Position numbers and translations under genes: made by a program. From Candidatus Aldehydirespirator sp. (GTDB taxonomy: Bacteria; Actinomycetota; Acidimicrobiia; Acidimicrobiales; Aldehydirespiratoraceae), in the NCBI GenBank assembly GCA_965261105.1, contig CBDHCM010000006.1, positions 4,521,839 to 4,585,838 of the forward strand: a stretch of DNA of 64,000 nt, written 5' to 3'. The notes under the pieces were generated by a model that was given only the letters and a program-made list of their open reading frames with translations, made no database searches and was not told where the DNA came from. Shown here in pieces: positions 17,899 through 27,801 of the stretch (position 1 is the stretch's first letter; the number at the start of each line of letters is the position of its first letter).

Positions 17899-18041
17899 GC
17901 AACCCCTGACCGCGAGGCGCTCACCACCTGTCCGCGCATGTTCTGAGGCGGGTAGCTGCCGGGCTGAGGTCACGAGCGCGCCGGGCGCTACCGTGCGGGC
18001 CGGACTTCGCCAGGAGGAGGGGTTTCCGGGGGAGAAGCGCT

Positions 18042-18941
18042 ATGTGCGGGATCGTGGGACTGTTCTGCAAGACCGAGACTCACCGCCACGAGCTGGGCCG
18101 GCTGACGGCGGTGATGCTGCGAGAGATGCGCGACCGCGGACCGGACAGCGCCGGGTTCGCGTCCTATGACGCCGGCGTTCCCGGACGCACCCGCATCACG
18201 GTGCTGGCCGAGGGCATCGAGGTGGACTGGAAGCCGGTGGCCGCGGCGCTGGAAGACGTGCTGGGTGCCGAGGTGACCGTTCGGGCTGTGCACGATCACG
18301 CCGTGTTTATCACTGACGGCGACGGCCGGGCTGCGCGCCAGTGGATCATCGACAACGTGGCCGGTGCCACCGTGCTGAGCTACGGCTCCCAGATCGAGCT
18401 GTACAAGGCGGTGGGGGATCCCGACCTGGTGGCCGAGCGCTACGACCTGGCCTCCCGCGCCGGCACCCACGCAGTGGCCCACACCCGCATGGCCACCGAG
18501 TCGGCGGTCACCACCAATGGCTCGCATCCATTCGCAACCGGCGCCGACACCTGCCTGGTGCACAACGGGTCGCTGTCCAACCACAACCGGCTGCGGCGGT
18601 TCCTCGAGGCCCGGGGCGAGTCGTTCCAGACCGAGAACGACTCCGAGGTGGCCGCGGGGTACCTGGCGTGGCGGATGCGCTCCGGTGACACGATCTCGCA
18701 GGCGCTGGAGGGGGCTCTGGACGATCTCGACGGCTTCTACACGTTCGCTATCGGAGTGGCCGACGGGTTCGCCATCCTGCGCGACCCCATCGCCTGCAAG
18801 CCGGCGGTGGTGGCTGAGACCGATGACTGGGTGGCCATGTCGTCGGAGTATCGGGCCATAGCCCGCCTGCCCGGCGCCACCGACGCCGAGGTGTGGGAGC
18901 CCGAGCCGGCCCGCATATACACCTGGAGCCTGGCCGCGTGA
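18042..18941 (+). CDS. class-II (Ntn) glutamine amidotransferase subunit (GlxB/MgsA-like)
   Basis: MCGIVGLF N-terminal nucleophile Cys; ...HTRMATESAVTTNGSHPF...LVHNGSLSNH. Confidence 0.85.
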   Translation: MCGIVGLFCKTETHRHELGRLTAVMLREMRDRGPDSAGFASYDAGVPGRTRITVLAEGIEVDWKPVAAALEDVLGAEVTVRAVHDHAVFITDGDGRAARQWIIDNVAGATVLSYGSQIELYKAVGDPDLVAERYDLASRAGTHAVAHTRMATESAVTTNGSHPFATGADTCLVHNGSLSNHNRLRRFLEARGESFQTENDSEVAAGYLAWRMRSGDTISQALEGALDDLDGFYTFAIGVADGFAILRDPIACKPAVVAETDDWVAMSSEYRAIARLPGATDAEVWEPEPARIYTWSLAA

Positions 18942-18967
18942 CCGGCCGCGATTCGGGAATGTGCGCG

Positions 18968-18992
18968 CTTTTCTGGGATTGTCCCGGAAAAG
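18968..18992. other. intercistronic hairpin/palindrome
   Basis: cttttctggga-ttg-tcccggaaaag (10 of 11 positions pair) between the amidotransferase and GXGXG subunit genes. Confidence 0.4.
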
Positions 18993-19017
18993 TACGCACA
19001 AAGGCCCGACGGGCGGC

Positions 19018-19734
19018 GTGAGCGGGGCCGTGCGCGCCTTCGACCTGGCTGAGGCGCCACGACGCGAGCTCAACCGGACCCTTCACGTCGCCTCCGACGG
19101 CGAGTCTCTCGAAGTGGTCAACCCTCGCGGCGCCCATGCGGTGGCCTGCGGCATCACCGCCGACATCGACGTGGTGGTGAGGGGCTCGGTGGGCTACTAC
19201 TGCGCAGGCATGCACCAGCGGGGCCGGGTGCTGGTGGAGGGCAACGCCGGCACGGGTCTGGCCGAGAACATCATGTCGGGCGTGGTGCGCATCACCGGCA
19301 ACGCCACCATGTCGGCAGGAGCCACCGGCTGCGGCGGCCTGGTGGTGGTGGGCGGCAACGCCGGTGCTCGCTGTGGCATCTCCATGAAGGGAGTCGACGT
19401 CGTGGTGGGCGGCAATGTCGGCCACATGAGCGCGTTCATGGCCCAGGCCGGGAACCTGGTCGTGTGCGGCGACGCCGCCGCCGACCTGGGCGACTCCATA
19501 TATGAGGCCCGGATCTTTGTTCGAGGCGACGCGGAGTCGCTGGGGGCTGACTGCATCGAGAAGGAGATGCGCCCCGAGCACCTTGAGGCGCTGGCCCGTC
19601 TGCTGGCCGCGGCCGCCCCGGCGACCGATGGCGCCGATCCGTCCCAGTTCCGCCGCTACGGCTCGGCCCGGCGCCTCTACAACTTCACCATCGACGACGT
19701 AGACGCCCTCGAAGCGGCCGAGGAGGCGGCCTGA
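19018..19734 (+). CDS. GXGXG-motif glutamate-synthase-family subunit (GlxC/MgsB-like)
   Basis: Beta-helix repeats GNAGTGLAENIMSGVVRITGNA / VVVGGNAGARCG / VVVGGNVGHMSAFMAQAGNLVVCGDA. Start uncertain: GTG 19018 or 18961. Confidence 0.8.
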   Translation: MSGAVRAFDLAEAPRRELNRTLHVASDGESLEVVNPRGAHAVACGITADIDVVVRGSVGYYCAGMHQRGRVLVEGNAGTGLAENIMSGVVRITGNATMSAGATGCGGLVVVGGNAGARCGISMKGVDVVVGGNVGHMSAFMAQAGNLVVCGDAAADLGDSIYEARIFVRGDAESLGADCIEKEMRPEHLEALARLLAAAAPATDGADPSQFRRYGSARRLYNFTIDDVDALEAAEEAA

Positions 19735-21095
19735 TGACTACGCCACTGCCCGACGGCGTCGAGCCTGTCGAAGCCTCCGACCCTGACTTCTGGCACCTGC
19801 GAGAATCGTACACGTTCGACCGCAACGTGATCGCTGAGATCCGCCGGGCCGCCAACACCGGCATCTACCGCATCCGGGGCTGGGGGGCCAAGCGCCGCCT
19901 GCCCACCCTGGACGACCTCGTGTTCCTGGGCGCGTCGATGTCGCGCTACCCGCTGGAGGGCTACCGCGAGGCCTGCGGCACCGACGTGGTGATCGGCGAG
20001 GATCGGGCCGAGCGCCCGGTGCACCTGAAGATCCCGGTCACCATCGCGGGCATGAGCTTCGGCTCGCTGTCGGCCCGGGCCAAGGAGGCCCTCGGCCGGG
20101 GCGCGTCGGCCGCTGGAACGTCGACCACCACCGGCGACGGCGGCATGACCGACGAGGAGCGCCGGCACTCCTCGGTGCTGGTGTACCAGTGCCTGCCGTC
20201 GCGCTATGGCATGGACCCCGACCACCTGCGGGTGGCCGACGCCATCGAGGTGGTTGTGGGCCAGGGGGCCAAGCCCGGCGGCGGGGGGATGCTGCTGGGG
20301 CAGAAGATCACCGAGCGGGTGGCCGAGATGCGCACCCTGCCCGAGGGCATCGACCAGCGCTCCGCCTGCCGCCATCCCGACTGGACCGGTCCCGACGACC
20401 TGGAGATCAAGATCGGCGAGCTGCGCGAGATCACCGACTGGCAGGTGCCGATCTATGTGAAGGTGGGCGCGGCCCGCCCCTACTACGACACCGCGCTGGC
20501 GGTGAAGGCCGGTGCCGACGCGGTGGTGGTGGACGGCATGCAGGGGGGCACCGCAGCCACCCAGGACGTGTTCATCGAGCATGTGGGCATCCCCACCCTC
20601 GCCGCCATCGGCGAGTCGGTGCGGGCTCTGCGGGAACTCGGAGTGCACCGCCGCGAGGTCAAGCTCATCGCCGCGGGCGGCATCCGTTCGGGCGCGGATG
20701 TGGCCAAGGCGCTGGCCCTGGGCGCCGACGCGGCCTCGATCGGCACCGCCGCGCTGATCGCCATCGGCGACAACGACCCCGCCTACGAGTCCGAGTACCG
20801 GGCCCTGGGGACCTCGGCCGGATACTGGGAGGATTTTCAGGCCGGCACCGACCCGGCCGGGATCACCACCCAGGATCCCAGCCTGTCGGCCCGCCTCGAT
20901 CCGGTGCTGGCCGGCAGGCGCCTGGCCAACTACCTGCAGGTCCTCACCATCGAGACCCAGATCCTGGCCCGGGCCAACGGCAAATCGCACGTGCTGAATC
21001 TGGAGCCCGAGGATCTGGCCGCTCTAACCGTGGAGGCCGCAGCAATGGCTAGAGTTCCGCTGGCCGGCACCAGTTGGGTGCCCGGCGCGGACTGA
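19734..21095 (+). CDS. FMN-binding glutamate-synthase-family subunit (GlxD/MgsC-like)
   Basis: VVVGQGAKPGGGGMLLGQK...VVDGMQGGTAATQ...AAGGIRSGADVAKALALGADA. Confidence 0.88.
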   Translation: MTTPLPDGVEPVEASDPDFWHLRESYTFDRNVIAEIRRAANTGIYRIRGWGAKRRLPTLDDLVFLGASMSRYPLEGYREACGTDVVIGEDRAERPVHLKIPVTIAGMSFGSLSARAKEALGRGASAAGTSTTTGDGGMTDEERRHSSVLVYQCLPSRYGMDPDHLRVADAIEVVVGQGAKPGGGGMLLGQKITERVAEMRTLPEGIDQRSACRHPDWTGPDDLEIKIGELREITDWQVPIYVKVGAARPYYDTALAVKAGADAVVVDGMQGGTAATQDVFIEHVGIPTLAAIGESVRALRELGVHRREVKLIAAGGIRSGADVAKALALGADAASIGTAALIAIGDNDPAYESEYRALGTSAGYWEDFQAGTDPAGITTQDPSLSARLDPVLAGRRLANYLQVLTIETQILARANGKSHVLNLEPEDLAALTVEAAAMARVPLAGTSWVPGAD

Positions 21096-21145
21096 ACCAG
21101 CCGGGGCCGGGTCAGCGGGCCCACGAATCGACGGAGGGGCGTTTC

Positions 21146-23605
21146 ATGGTTCAAGGGCTGCCCGACCGTGCTCAAGTGGTGGTGGTTGGCGGCGGCATCG
21201 TCGGATGCAGCGTCGCCTACCATCTGGCCCGCCGAGGCATCACCGACGTGGTCGTGCTCGAGCAGAACAAGCTCACCGGCGGCACCACCTGGCACGCGGC
21301 GGGGCTGGTGTCGCAGCTCAAGTCCACCCACAGCCTCACCAAGCTGGCCACCTACTCGGCCCGGCTCTTCGAGGCGCTGGAGGACGAGACCGGCCAGGCC
21401 ACGGGATGCCGCACACCGGGGTCGATCTCGGTGGCGTCCGACCCCGAGCGCTGGGAGGAGATCAGGCGGGGCGCGGCCATGGCCGTCTCGGTCGGGGTCG
21501 AGACCCGCGAGATCGACATGGACGAGCTGCGGGAGCGCTGGCCGCTGATCCGCACCGACGACATCGTGGGAGCGCTGTACATCCCCGGTGACGGCCACAC
21601 CTCGCCAGTGGACACCACCATGGCCTTGGCCAAGGGAGCCCGCAGCCGGGGGGTGCGCATCGTCGAGGACGTGGCCGTCACCGGGCTGCGCAGCCAGAAC
21701 GGCGCCATCTCGGGCGTCGACACCGAGCAGGGCAGCATCGAGGCCGAGACCGTGGTGCTGGCCACCGGCGTCTGGACCCGCCAGCTCGCCGCCCGGGTCG
21801 GGGTGAACGTGCCGCTGCAGGCCTGTGAGCACTTCTACATCGTCTCGGAGCCCCTCGGCTTGGACACCGACACGCCGGTGCTGCGCGACCCCGGCAACTA
21901 CACGTACTTCAAGGAGGAGACCGGCAAGATCATGGCCGGCTTCTTCGAGCCCCGGGGCAAGGTGTGGAACCTCGACGGCATCCCCCGGGACTTCTCCTTC
22001 GGCACCCTGCCGGAGGATTGGGACCACATCGGCCCGATCTTCGAACGATCCATCCACCGGGTGCCGGCGCTGGGGGAGTGCGGCATCCAACTGTTCCTCA
22101 ACGGCCCGGAGGCCTTCACACCCGACGGCGTGTACTACCTCGGCGAGGCGCCGGAGGTGGACGGCTGCTACGTGGCCGCGGGCTTCAACTCGGTGGGCAT
22201 CCAGTCCGCGGGCGGGGTCGGCTGGGCCCTGGCCGACTGGATCGCCGACCGCCATCCGCCCATGGACCTGTCCTCAGTGGACATCCGGCGGACGTTTCCG
22301 TTCCAGGCCGATCCGGCCTACCTGGCCGAGCGCGTCCCCGAGAGTCTGGGGCTGCTCTACGCCATGCACTGGCCCTTCTACCAGTACGAGAGCGCCCGGG
22401 GCCGGCGGGTGTCGCCGCTGCACGGTCGCTTGGACGCAGCCGGAGCGGTATGGGGCGAGACCGCCGGCTGGGAGCGGCCCAACTGGTACGCGTTCGACGG
22501 CCAGGCCCGCGAGTACGTCTACAGCTACGGCAGGCAGAACTGGTGGGCCAACGCCGGCGAGGAGTGCCGGGCAGTGCGGGAGCGGGTTGGGCTGTTCGAC
22601 CAGACGTCGTTCGCCAAGTTCACGGTGGACGGCCCGGATTCGCTGCTCGTGCTCGACGAACTGAGCACGGCTCGCATCGACGTGCCGGTGGGCAGGGCGG
22701 TGTACACCCAGTGGTGCAACGACCGGGGCGGGATAGAGGCCGACCTCACCGTGACTCGTCTCGGTCTGGACCGCTTCCTGGTGGTGACCGCGGCCGCGGC
22801 CCAGACCCGGGACTGGGCCCGCCTGCGCCGGGCCTGCCGCGGCCGCAACGTGGACATCGCCGACATCACCGAGCACTGGGCCATGATCGGGCTGATGGGT
22901 CCCAAGGCCCGCTTCGTGCTCGGCCCGCTCACCGACGCGTCGCTGACCAACACCGACTTCCCGTTCGGTACCTCCCAGCGCATCGATGTGGCCGGCATCG
23001 ACGTGCTCGCCCTGCGCATGAGCTACGTGGGCGAGCTGGGCTGGGAGCTCTACCTGCCCAATGGGCCCGCGGTGGAACTGTTTGATGTTCTCGTCGAGGC
23101 GGGCGGGCCCCACGGCCTGGCCATGGCCGGCTACCACGCCATGAACACGCTGCGGCTGGAGTCGGGCTACCGCCACTGGGGCCACGACATCACCGACGAG
23201 GACACCCCCGTCGAGGCCGGGCTCGGCTTCACCATCGGCTGGGACAAGCCCAACCCCTACAACGGCCGGACCGCGCTGGAGGCTCAGCGCGACCAGCCCC
23301 GCAACAAGCGCCTGATCCAGTTCCGCTTGGAGCACGCCGAGCTGCTGTGCTACCACGACGACCCGATCCTGCGCGACGGCGAGCCGGTGGGCAGCACCAC
23401 CTCGTCGATGTGGAGCTATGTCGAGGACCGCTGCCTGGCCATGGGCTATGTGCGCCGCGCCGGCGACGAGGGCGTGGTCCGGGACTGGCTCGACACGGGC
23501 CGCTTCGAGGTCAACGTCGGCGGTGAGCTGGTGCGGGCCACGCCGTCGATCCGCAGCTTCTACGATCCCCGCAACCAGAGAGTGCGCCTGGAGGACGGCC
23601 CATGA
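21146..23605 (+). CDS. FAD-dependent oxidoreductase fused to a GcvT-type folate-binding domain (dimethylglycine/sarcosine dehydrogenase-like)
   Basis: SD ggagggg then ATG 21146. VVVVGGGIVGCSVAYHLA (GxGxxG). C-terminal MSYVGELGWELYLP... aminomethyltransferase-like. Confidence 0.85.
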   Translation: MVQGLPDRAQVVVVGGGIVGCSVAYHLARRGITDVVVLEQNKLTGGTTWHAAGLVSQLKSTHSLTKLATYSARLFEALEDETGQATGCRTPGSISVASDPERWEEIRRGAAMAVSVGVETREIDMDELRERWPLIRTDDIVGALYIPGDGHTSPVDTTMALAKGARSRGVRIVEDVAVTGLRSQNGAISGVDTEQGSIEAETVVLATGVWTRQLAARVGVNVPLQACEHFYIVSEPLGLDTDTPVLRDPGNYTYFKEETGKIMAGFFEPRGKVWNLDGIPRDFSFGTLPEDWDHIGPIFERSIHRVPALGECGIQLFLNGPEAFTPDGVYYLGEAPEVDGCYVAAGFNSVGIQSAGGVGWALADWIADRHPPMDLSSVDIRRTFPFQADPAYLAERVPESLGLLYAMHWPFYQYESARGRRVSPLHGRLDAAGAVWGETAGWERPNWYAFDGQAREYVYSYGRQNWWANAGEECRAVRERVGLFDQTSFAKFTVDGPDSLLVLDELSTARIDVPVGRAVYTQWCNDRGGIEADLTVTRLGLDRFLVVTAAAAQTRDWARLRRACRGRNVDIADITEHWAMIGLMGPKARFVLGPLTDASLTNTDFPFGTSQRIDVAGIDVLALRMSYVGELGWELYLPNGPAVELFDVLVEAGGPHGLAMAGYHAMNTLRLESGYRHWGHDITDEDTPVEAGLGFTIGWDKPNPYNGRTALEAQRDQPRNKRLIQFRLEHAELLCYHDDPILRDGEPVGSTTSSMWSYVEDRCLAMGYVRRAGDEGVVRDWLDTGRFEVNVGGELVRATPSIRSFYDPRNQRVRLEDGP

Positions 23606-26139
23606 CCCAAGAGGCTCGGTGTGTGATCATCGGTGGCGGGGCCATGGGCGCGGGCCTGCTGTACTACCTCGCCCATGAGGGCTGGACCGACACCATCCTG
23701 CTGGAGAAGGGCGAGCTGACCTCGGGGTCGACGTGGCACGCGGCCGGGCTGATCCCAAACTTCATCGGCGACTTGAACATGGCCAAGGTTCACGAGGAGG
23801 CGGTGGCGCTCTACCCCCGCATCGAGGCCGAGACCGGGCTGTCGGCCGGTTGGCACGGCTGCGGCGCCATCCGGCTGGCCCGCACCGACGACGAAGTGGA
23901 CTGGCACCGCTACGTGCATGCCATGCTCACCCAGGTCGGCATCGAGTCCCACCTGATCGGCCTCGACGAGATCCGCGAGCGCCATCCCCTGCTGGAGGAC
24001 CTCAGCGACGTGAAGCTCGGGTTCTTCACCCCCAACGACGGCTGGACCGACCCGTCGGGCTGCACCAACGCCATGGCCCGGGGCGCCCGCAACCTCGGCT
24101 GTGAGATCCGTCGCCACACCCTGGTCTCCGACATGGGGCAGTTGCCCGACGGGCGATGGGAGATCATCGCCACGCCCAACGGCGCGGGCCCCGGACGCTC
24201 CAACGGCGACGACAGCTACCGGATCGTCTGCGAGCACGTGGTCAACGCGGCCGGCCACTACGCCCCGCAGCTCGGGGCCATGGTCGGCCTCGATGTTCCC
24301 GTCGTGTCGGTCATTCACCAGTACCTGGTGACCGAGCCTCTCCAGGCCATGATCGATCTCGGGTTCGAGCCCCCAGTGGTGCGCGACCCCAGATCGTCCT
24401 GCTACTACCGCCGTGAGATCGACGGCCTGCTCATCGGCCCCTACGAGATGTCCGGCTCCCGCACCTACGGCATAGACGGCATCGACTGGAGACTCCACTT
24501 CCACCTCACCGGCGAGGACCACGACGTTCTCGAGGAGTGCATCGAGTACGCCGCCATGCGCATCCCGGCCTTCATGGAGGCCGGAATCAAGCAGACCGTG
24601 TCGGGGCCGATCACCCACACCCCCGACTCCGGGTACCTGATGGGGCCGGCGCCCGGGCTGCGCAACTACTGGCACTGCAGCGGCGCCTCCATCGGCATCA
24701 CCCAGGGTCCGGGCGCGGGCAAGTACCTGGCCCAGTGGATGGTGCACGGTCAGACCGAGATCAACGTGCGGAGCATGGACCCCCGGCGCTTCGGCGACCA
24801 CACCGGCCCCCGTTCGTCCTTCGCCGTCGCCAAGGCCACCGACGAGTACCACGAGATGTACCAGGTGCGCCTTCCCGGCGAGTACCGGGCCGCGGGCCGG
24901 GCCCAGAAGGCCTCTCCCATCTACGACCGGCTCGACCGACTGGGAGCGCAGTGGCAGGAGGTGTACGGCTGGGAGCGACCCCAGTACTTCTCACCGAACG
25001 GCGCGGGCGAGCGGCACTCGTTCCGCCGGTCCAACGCTTTCGAGCCGGCGGCCGCCGAGGTGCGGGGCGTGCGCGAGCGGGTAGGGATCGCCGACATCAC
25101 CGCATTCGCGTCCTATGAAGTGGCCGGCGCCGACGCGGCCGCCCTGCTCGACCGCCTGTCGGCCAACCGGCTGCCGGCCCGCGACGGCGGCATCCGGCTG
25201 GTGCACATGCTCACCGAGCTAGGCGGCATCGAGTGCGAGATGACCATCGCCCGCCTCGCGCCCGACCGCTTCTACCTCACCTCGGCCATCATGGGCCAGA
25301 GCCACGACCTCGACTGGCTGACCCAGCACGCGCCCAACGGCGCGGATGTGGTCCTGCACGACACTCTCTCGATCCTCAGGGATGCGCCCAGTCGTAGGTT
25401 TCAGCGCGAGGATCTACAGATAAGCGATGTCACTGACTCCACCGGCATCCTGGCGGTGACCGGGCCCCGGGCCCGCGACGTGCTCGCCCCGCTCACTGGC
25501 GCCGATCTCAGCAATGAGGCGTTCAGGTGGCTCACCGCGGCCGAGATCACGGTGGCGGGCGTGCCTTGCCTGGCACTGCGGGTGAGCTATGTGGGGGAGC
25601 TGGGCTGGGAGCTGCACTGCCCCATGGATCGCCTGGCCGAGATGTACGACGCGGTGGTCGACGCGGGCGAGCCCCACGGCATGGTTCACTTCGGCAGCTA
25701 CGCCATGAACGTCATGCGCCTCGAGAAGGGCTACAAGGCGTGGGGCTCGGAGCTGACCACCGAGATCACTCCGATCGAGGCCCGCCTTGAGCGCTTCGTG
25801 GACTTCGGCCGGCCCTTCATCGGCCGAGACGCCACCGTGGCCCGCCGCGACCAGGCCGAGCCGCTGTCGATGGTGCTGGTGTACTGCGAGGTGGACGCCA
25901 CCGACAACGACGTGCGGGGCAATGAGCCTGCCTTCGACGGCGGCGGCAACGTCATGGGCATCGCCACCAGCGGCACTTGGGGCCACACCGTGGGCCGCAG
26001 CCTGGCCTTCGTGTATGTGGCCCCAGAGTTCGAGGCGCCGGGCTCGACGTTCGAGCTCGACCTGCTGGGGGAGCGCCGAGTTGCCACCGTACTGGCCGAG
26101 CCCGCCTATGATCCGGCCAACACGGCTCCGCGGGCGTAA
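23602..26139 (+). CDS. second FAD-dependent oxidoreductase + GcvT-domain dehydrogenase paralogue
   Basis: ATGA overlap with the previous gene. CVIIGGGAMGAGLLYYLA; RVSYVGELGWELHCP. Confidence 0.85.
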   Translation: MTQEARCVIIGGGAMGAGLLYYLAHEGWTDTILLEKGELTSGSTWHAAGLIPNFIGDLNMAKVHEEAVALYPRIEAETGLSAGWHGCGAIRLARTDDEVDWHRYVHAMLTQVGIESHLIGLDEIRERHPLLEDLSDVKLGFFTPNDGWTDPSGCTNAMARGARNLGCEIRRHTLVSDMGQLPDGRWEIIATPNGAGPGRSNGDDSYRIVCEHVVNAAGHYAPQLGAMVGLDVPVVSVIHQYLVTEPLQAMIDLGFEPPVVRDPRSSCYYRREIDGLLIGPYEMSGSRTYGIDGIDWRLHFHLTGEDHDVLEECIEYAAMRIPAFMEAGIKQTVSGPITHTPDSGYLMGPAPGLRNYWHCSGASIGITQGPGAGKYLAQWMVHGQTEINVRSMDPRRFGDHTGPRSSFAVAKATDEYHEMYQVRLPGEYRAAGRAQKASPIYDRLDRLGAQWQEVYGWERPQYFSPNGAGERHSFRRSNAFEPAAAEVRGVRERVGIADITAFASYEVAGADAAALLDRLSANRLPARDGGIRLVHMLTELGGIECEMTIARLAPDRFYLTSAIMGQSHDLDWLTQHAPNGADVVLHDTLSILRDAPSRRFQREDLQISDVTDSTGILAVTGPRARDVLAPLTGADLSNEAFRWLTAAEITVAGVPCLALRVSYVGELGWELHCPMDRLAEMYDAVVDAGEPHGMVHFGSYAMNVMRLEKGYKAWGSELTTEITPIEARLERFVDFGRPFIGRDATVARRDQAEPLSMVLVYCEVDATDNDVRGNEPAFDGGGNVMGIATSGTWGHTVGRSLAFVYVAPEFEAPGSTFELDLLGERRVATVLAEPAYDPANTAPRA

Positions 26140-26221
26140 TCTGGATCGAAATTGATGCAGCTGACTCTCCTGCAGGTGGAGAACTACGTCCATTTCGTGG
26201 AGATGATCGAGGAGACGGGGG

Positions 26222-27769
26222 GTGACGCTGATGGCTGACGACACCGGTGGCCCGCGCCGCGGCGGGGGACGGGCCGGGAGGATCGCGGCCCGGCAGGCGC
26301 CGCTCGAGGCCGACGAGCGGCCGGTGCGGCCCGGCCTGCCCGGCGGACGGTTCGCCCCGCTCACCGAGGCCGACATGCAGCAGGTGTACGACACCGCGCT
26401 GGCGCTGCTGGCCGACCTCGGCATGGGCTCGCCCATCGAGGAGTTCGTCGACGTCGTGACCGCCGCGGGCGGCCATGTCGACGACGACGGCCGCCTGCAT
26501 TACCCGAAAAGCGTGGTGGAGGGGGCCATCGGCACTGCGGCCAAGGAATGGGTCTGGCACGGATTCGACGACGACCGGTCCATCACCGTGGGCGGCGACC
26601 GGGTCCACTTCGGCACCGCCGGAGCGGCGGTTCTGATGTACGACCACGAAATGGGCACTTTCCGCCACTCCACCGCGAGCGACGTCTACGACTGCGCCCG
26701 CCTCGTCGACACGCTCGACAACATCCACTTCTACGTCCGCACCGTGGTGGCCCGCGACCTTGTGGACTCCCGGGAACTCGACCTCAACACGGCATTCGCG
26801 GCCATGGTCGGCACCACCAAGCCCATCGGCACGTCGTGGTTCGAGCGCGAGCACGTCTATGAGACAGTCGACATGTTCGACATTGCTCTCGGTGGCTCCG
26901 GCGAGTTCCGCAAGAGGCCCTTCGTGGCGGCCAACAACACCTTCGTGGTGCCGCCCCTGCGCTTCGCGGAGGAGTCGGCCCGGTGCATGGTGGCCCAGGT
27001 CGAGGCGGGCATGCCGATCAACCTGCTGTCGGCCGGGCAGGCCGGGGCCACTTCGCCTGCCGCGCTGGCCGGGTCGCTGGCCCAGGCCCTGGCCGAGTGC
27101 CTGGCCGCGCTCACCGCGGTGAACCTGCTCAACCCGGGCCATCCGTGCGTGATGGGCATGTGGCCGTTCGTGTCGGATCTGCGCACCGGGGCCATGAGCG
27201 GCGGGTCCGGGGAGGAGGGCATCCTCAACGCGGCCGCGGCCCAGGTCCTCAACTGGATGGGCCTGCCCTCGGGGGTGGCCGCGGGCATGGCCGACTCTAA
27301 GATCCCCGACAACCAGGCCGGCTACGAGAAGGGCCTCAACGTGGCCCTGGCCGGCCACGCCGGCGCCAACCTTGTGTACGAGTCGGCGGGGATGCTGGCC
27401 AGCCTGTTGAGCTGCTCGCTGGAGGCGCTGGTGATCGACAACGACATGCTCGGGGCGATCAACCGCACTGTGCGGGGCATCGAGGTCAACACCGAGACCC
27501 TCTCCGCGGAGCTGATAGCGCAGGTGGTGTCGGGGCCGGGCCATTTCCTGGGCTCGCCCCAGACGCTGGAGCTGATGCAGCGCGAGTACATCTACCCGGT
27601 GATCGGCGACCGTGACACTCCCGACAACTGGATGGACGCCGGCAGCAAGAATGCCCGCGATCGGGCCCATGAGCACGTCCAGCGGGTGCTGGCGGAGCAT
27701 CGCCCAAGCCATGTTCGCGCGGAGGCCGAAGCCCGCATACGGGCCGCCTTCCCGATCCGGCTGCCCTAG
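26222..27769 (+). CDS. trimethylamine-methyltransferase (MttB) superfamily protein, non-pyrrolysine type
   Basis: RRGGGRAGRIAARQ...PLTEADMQQVYDTALALLADLGMG... typical MttB-family N-terminus. The uninterrupted frame has no in-frame TAG. Confidence 0.8.
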   Translation: MTLMADDTGGPRRGGGRAGRIAARQAPLEADERPVRPGLPGGRFAPLTEADMQQVYDTALALLADLGMGSPIEEFVDVVTAAGGHVDDDGRLHYPKSVVEGAIGTAAKEWVWHGFDDDRSITVGGDRVHFGTAGAAVLMYDHEMGTFRHSTASDVYDCARLVDTLDNIHFYVRTVVARDLVDSRELDLNTAFAAMVGTTKPIGTSWFEREHVYETVDMFDIALGGSGEFRKRPFVAANNTFVVPPLRFAEESARCMVAQVEAGMPINLLSAGQAGATSPAALAGSLAQALAECLAALTAVNLLNPGHPCVMGMWPFVSDLRTGAMSGGSGEEGILNAAAAQVLNWMGLPSGVAAGMADSKIPDNQAGYEKGLNVALAGHAGANLVYESAGMLASLLSCSLEALVIDNDMLGAINRTVRGIEVNTETLSAELIAQVVSGPGHFLGSPQTLELMQREYIYPVIGDRDTPDNWMDAGSKNARDRAHEHVQRVLAEHRPSHVRAEAEARIRAAFPIRLP

Positions 27770-27801
27770 AGTTCCCCCACGCAGTCGACCAAGGAGGCAC
27801 G

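Noticed and set aside
16343-17902. 64-codon N-terminal extension of the GS-like gene (and the analogous 27-codon extension of hemA to 11104)
   Set aside because: The extensions are translations of the intergenic repeat element (ALVRCAHGPLGPRPRS...). Canonical N-termini start at ATG 17710 and ATG 11023.
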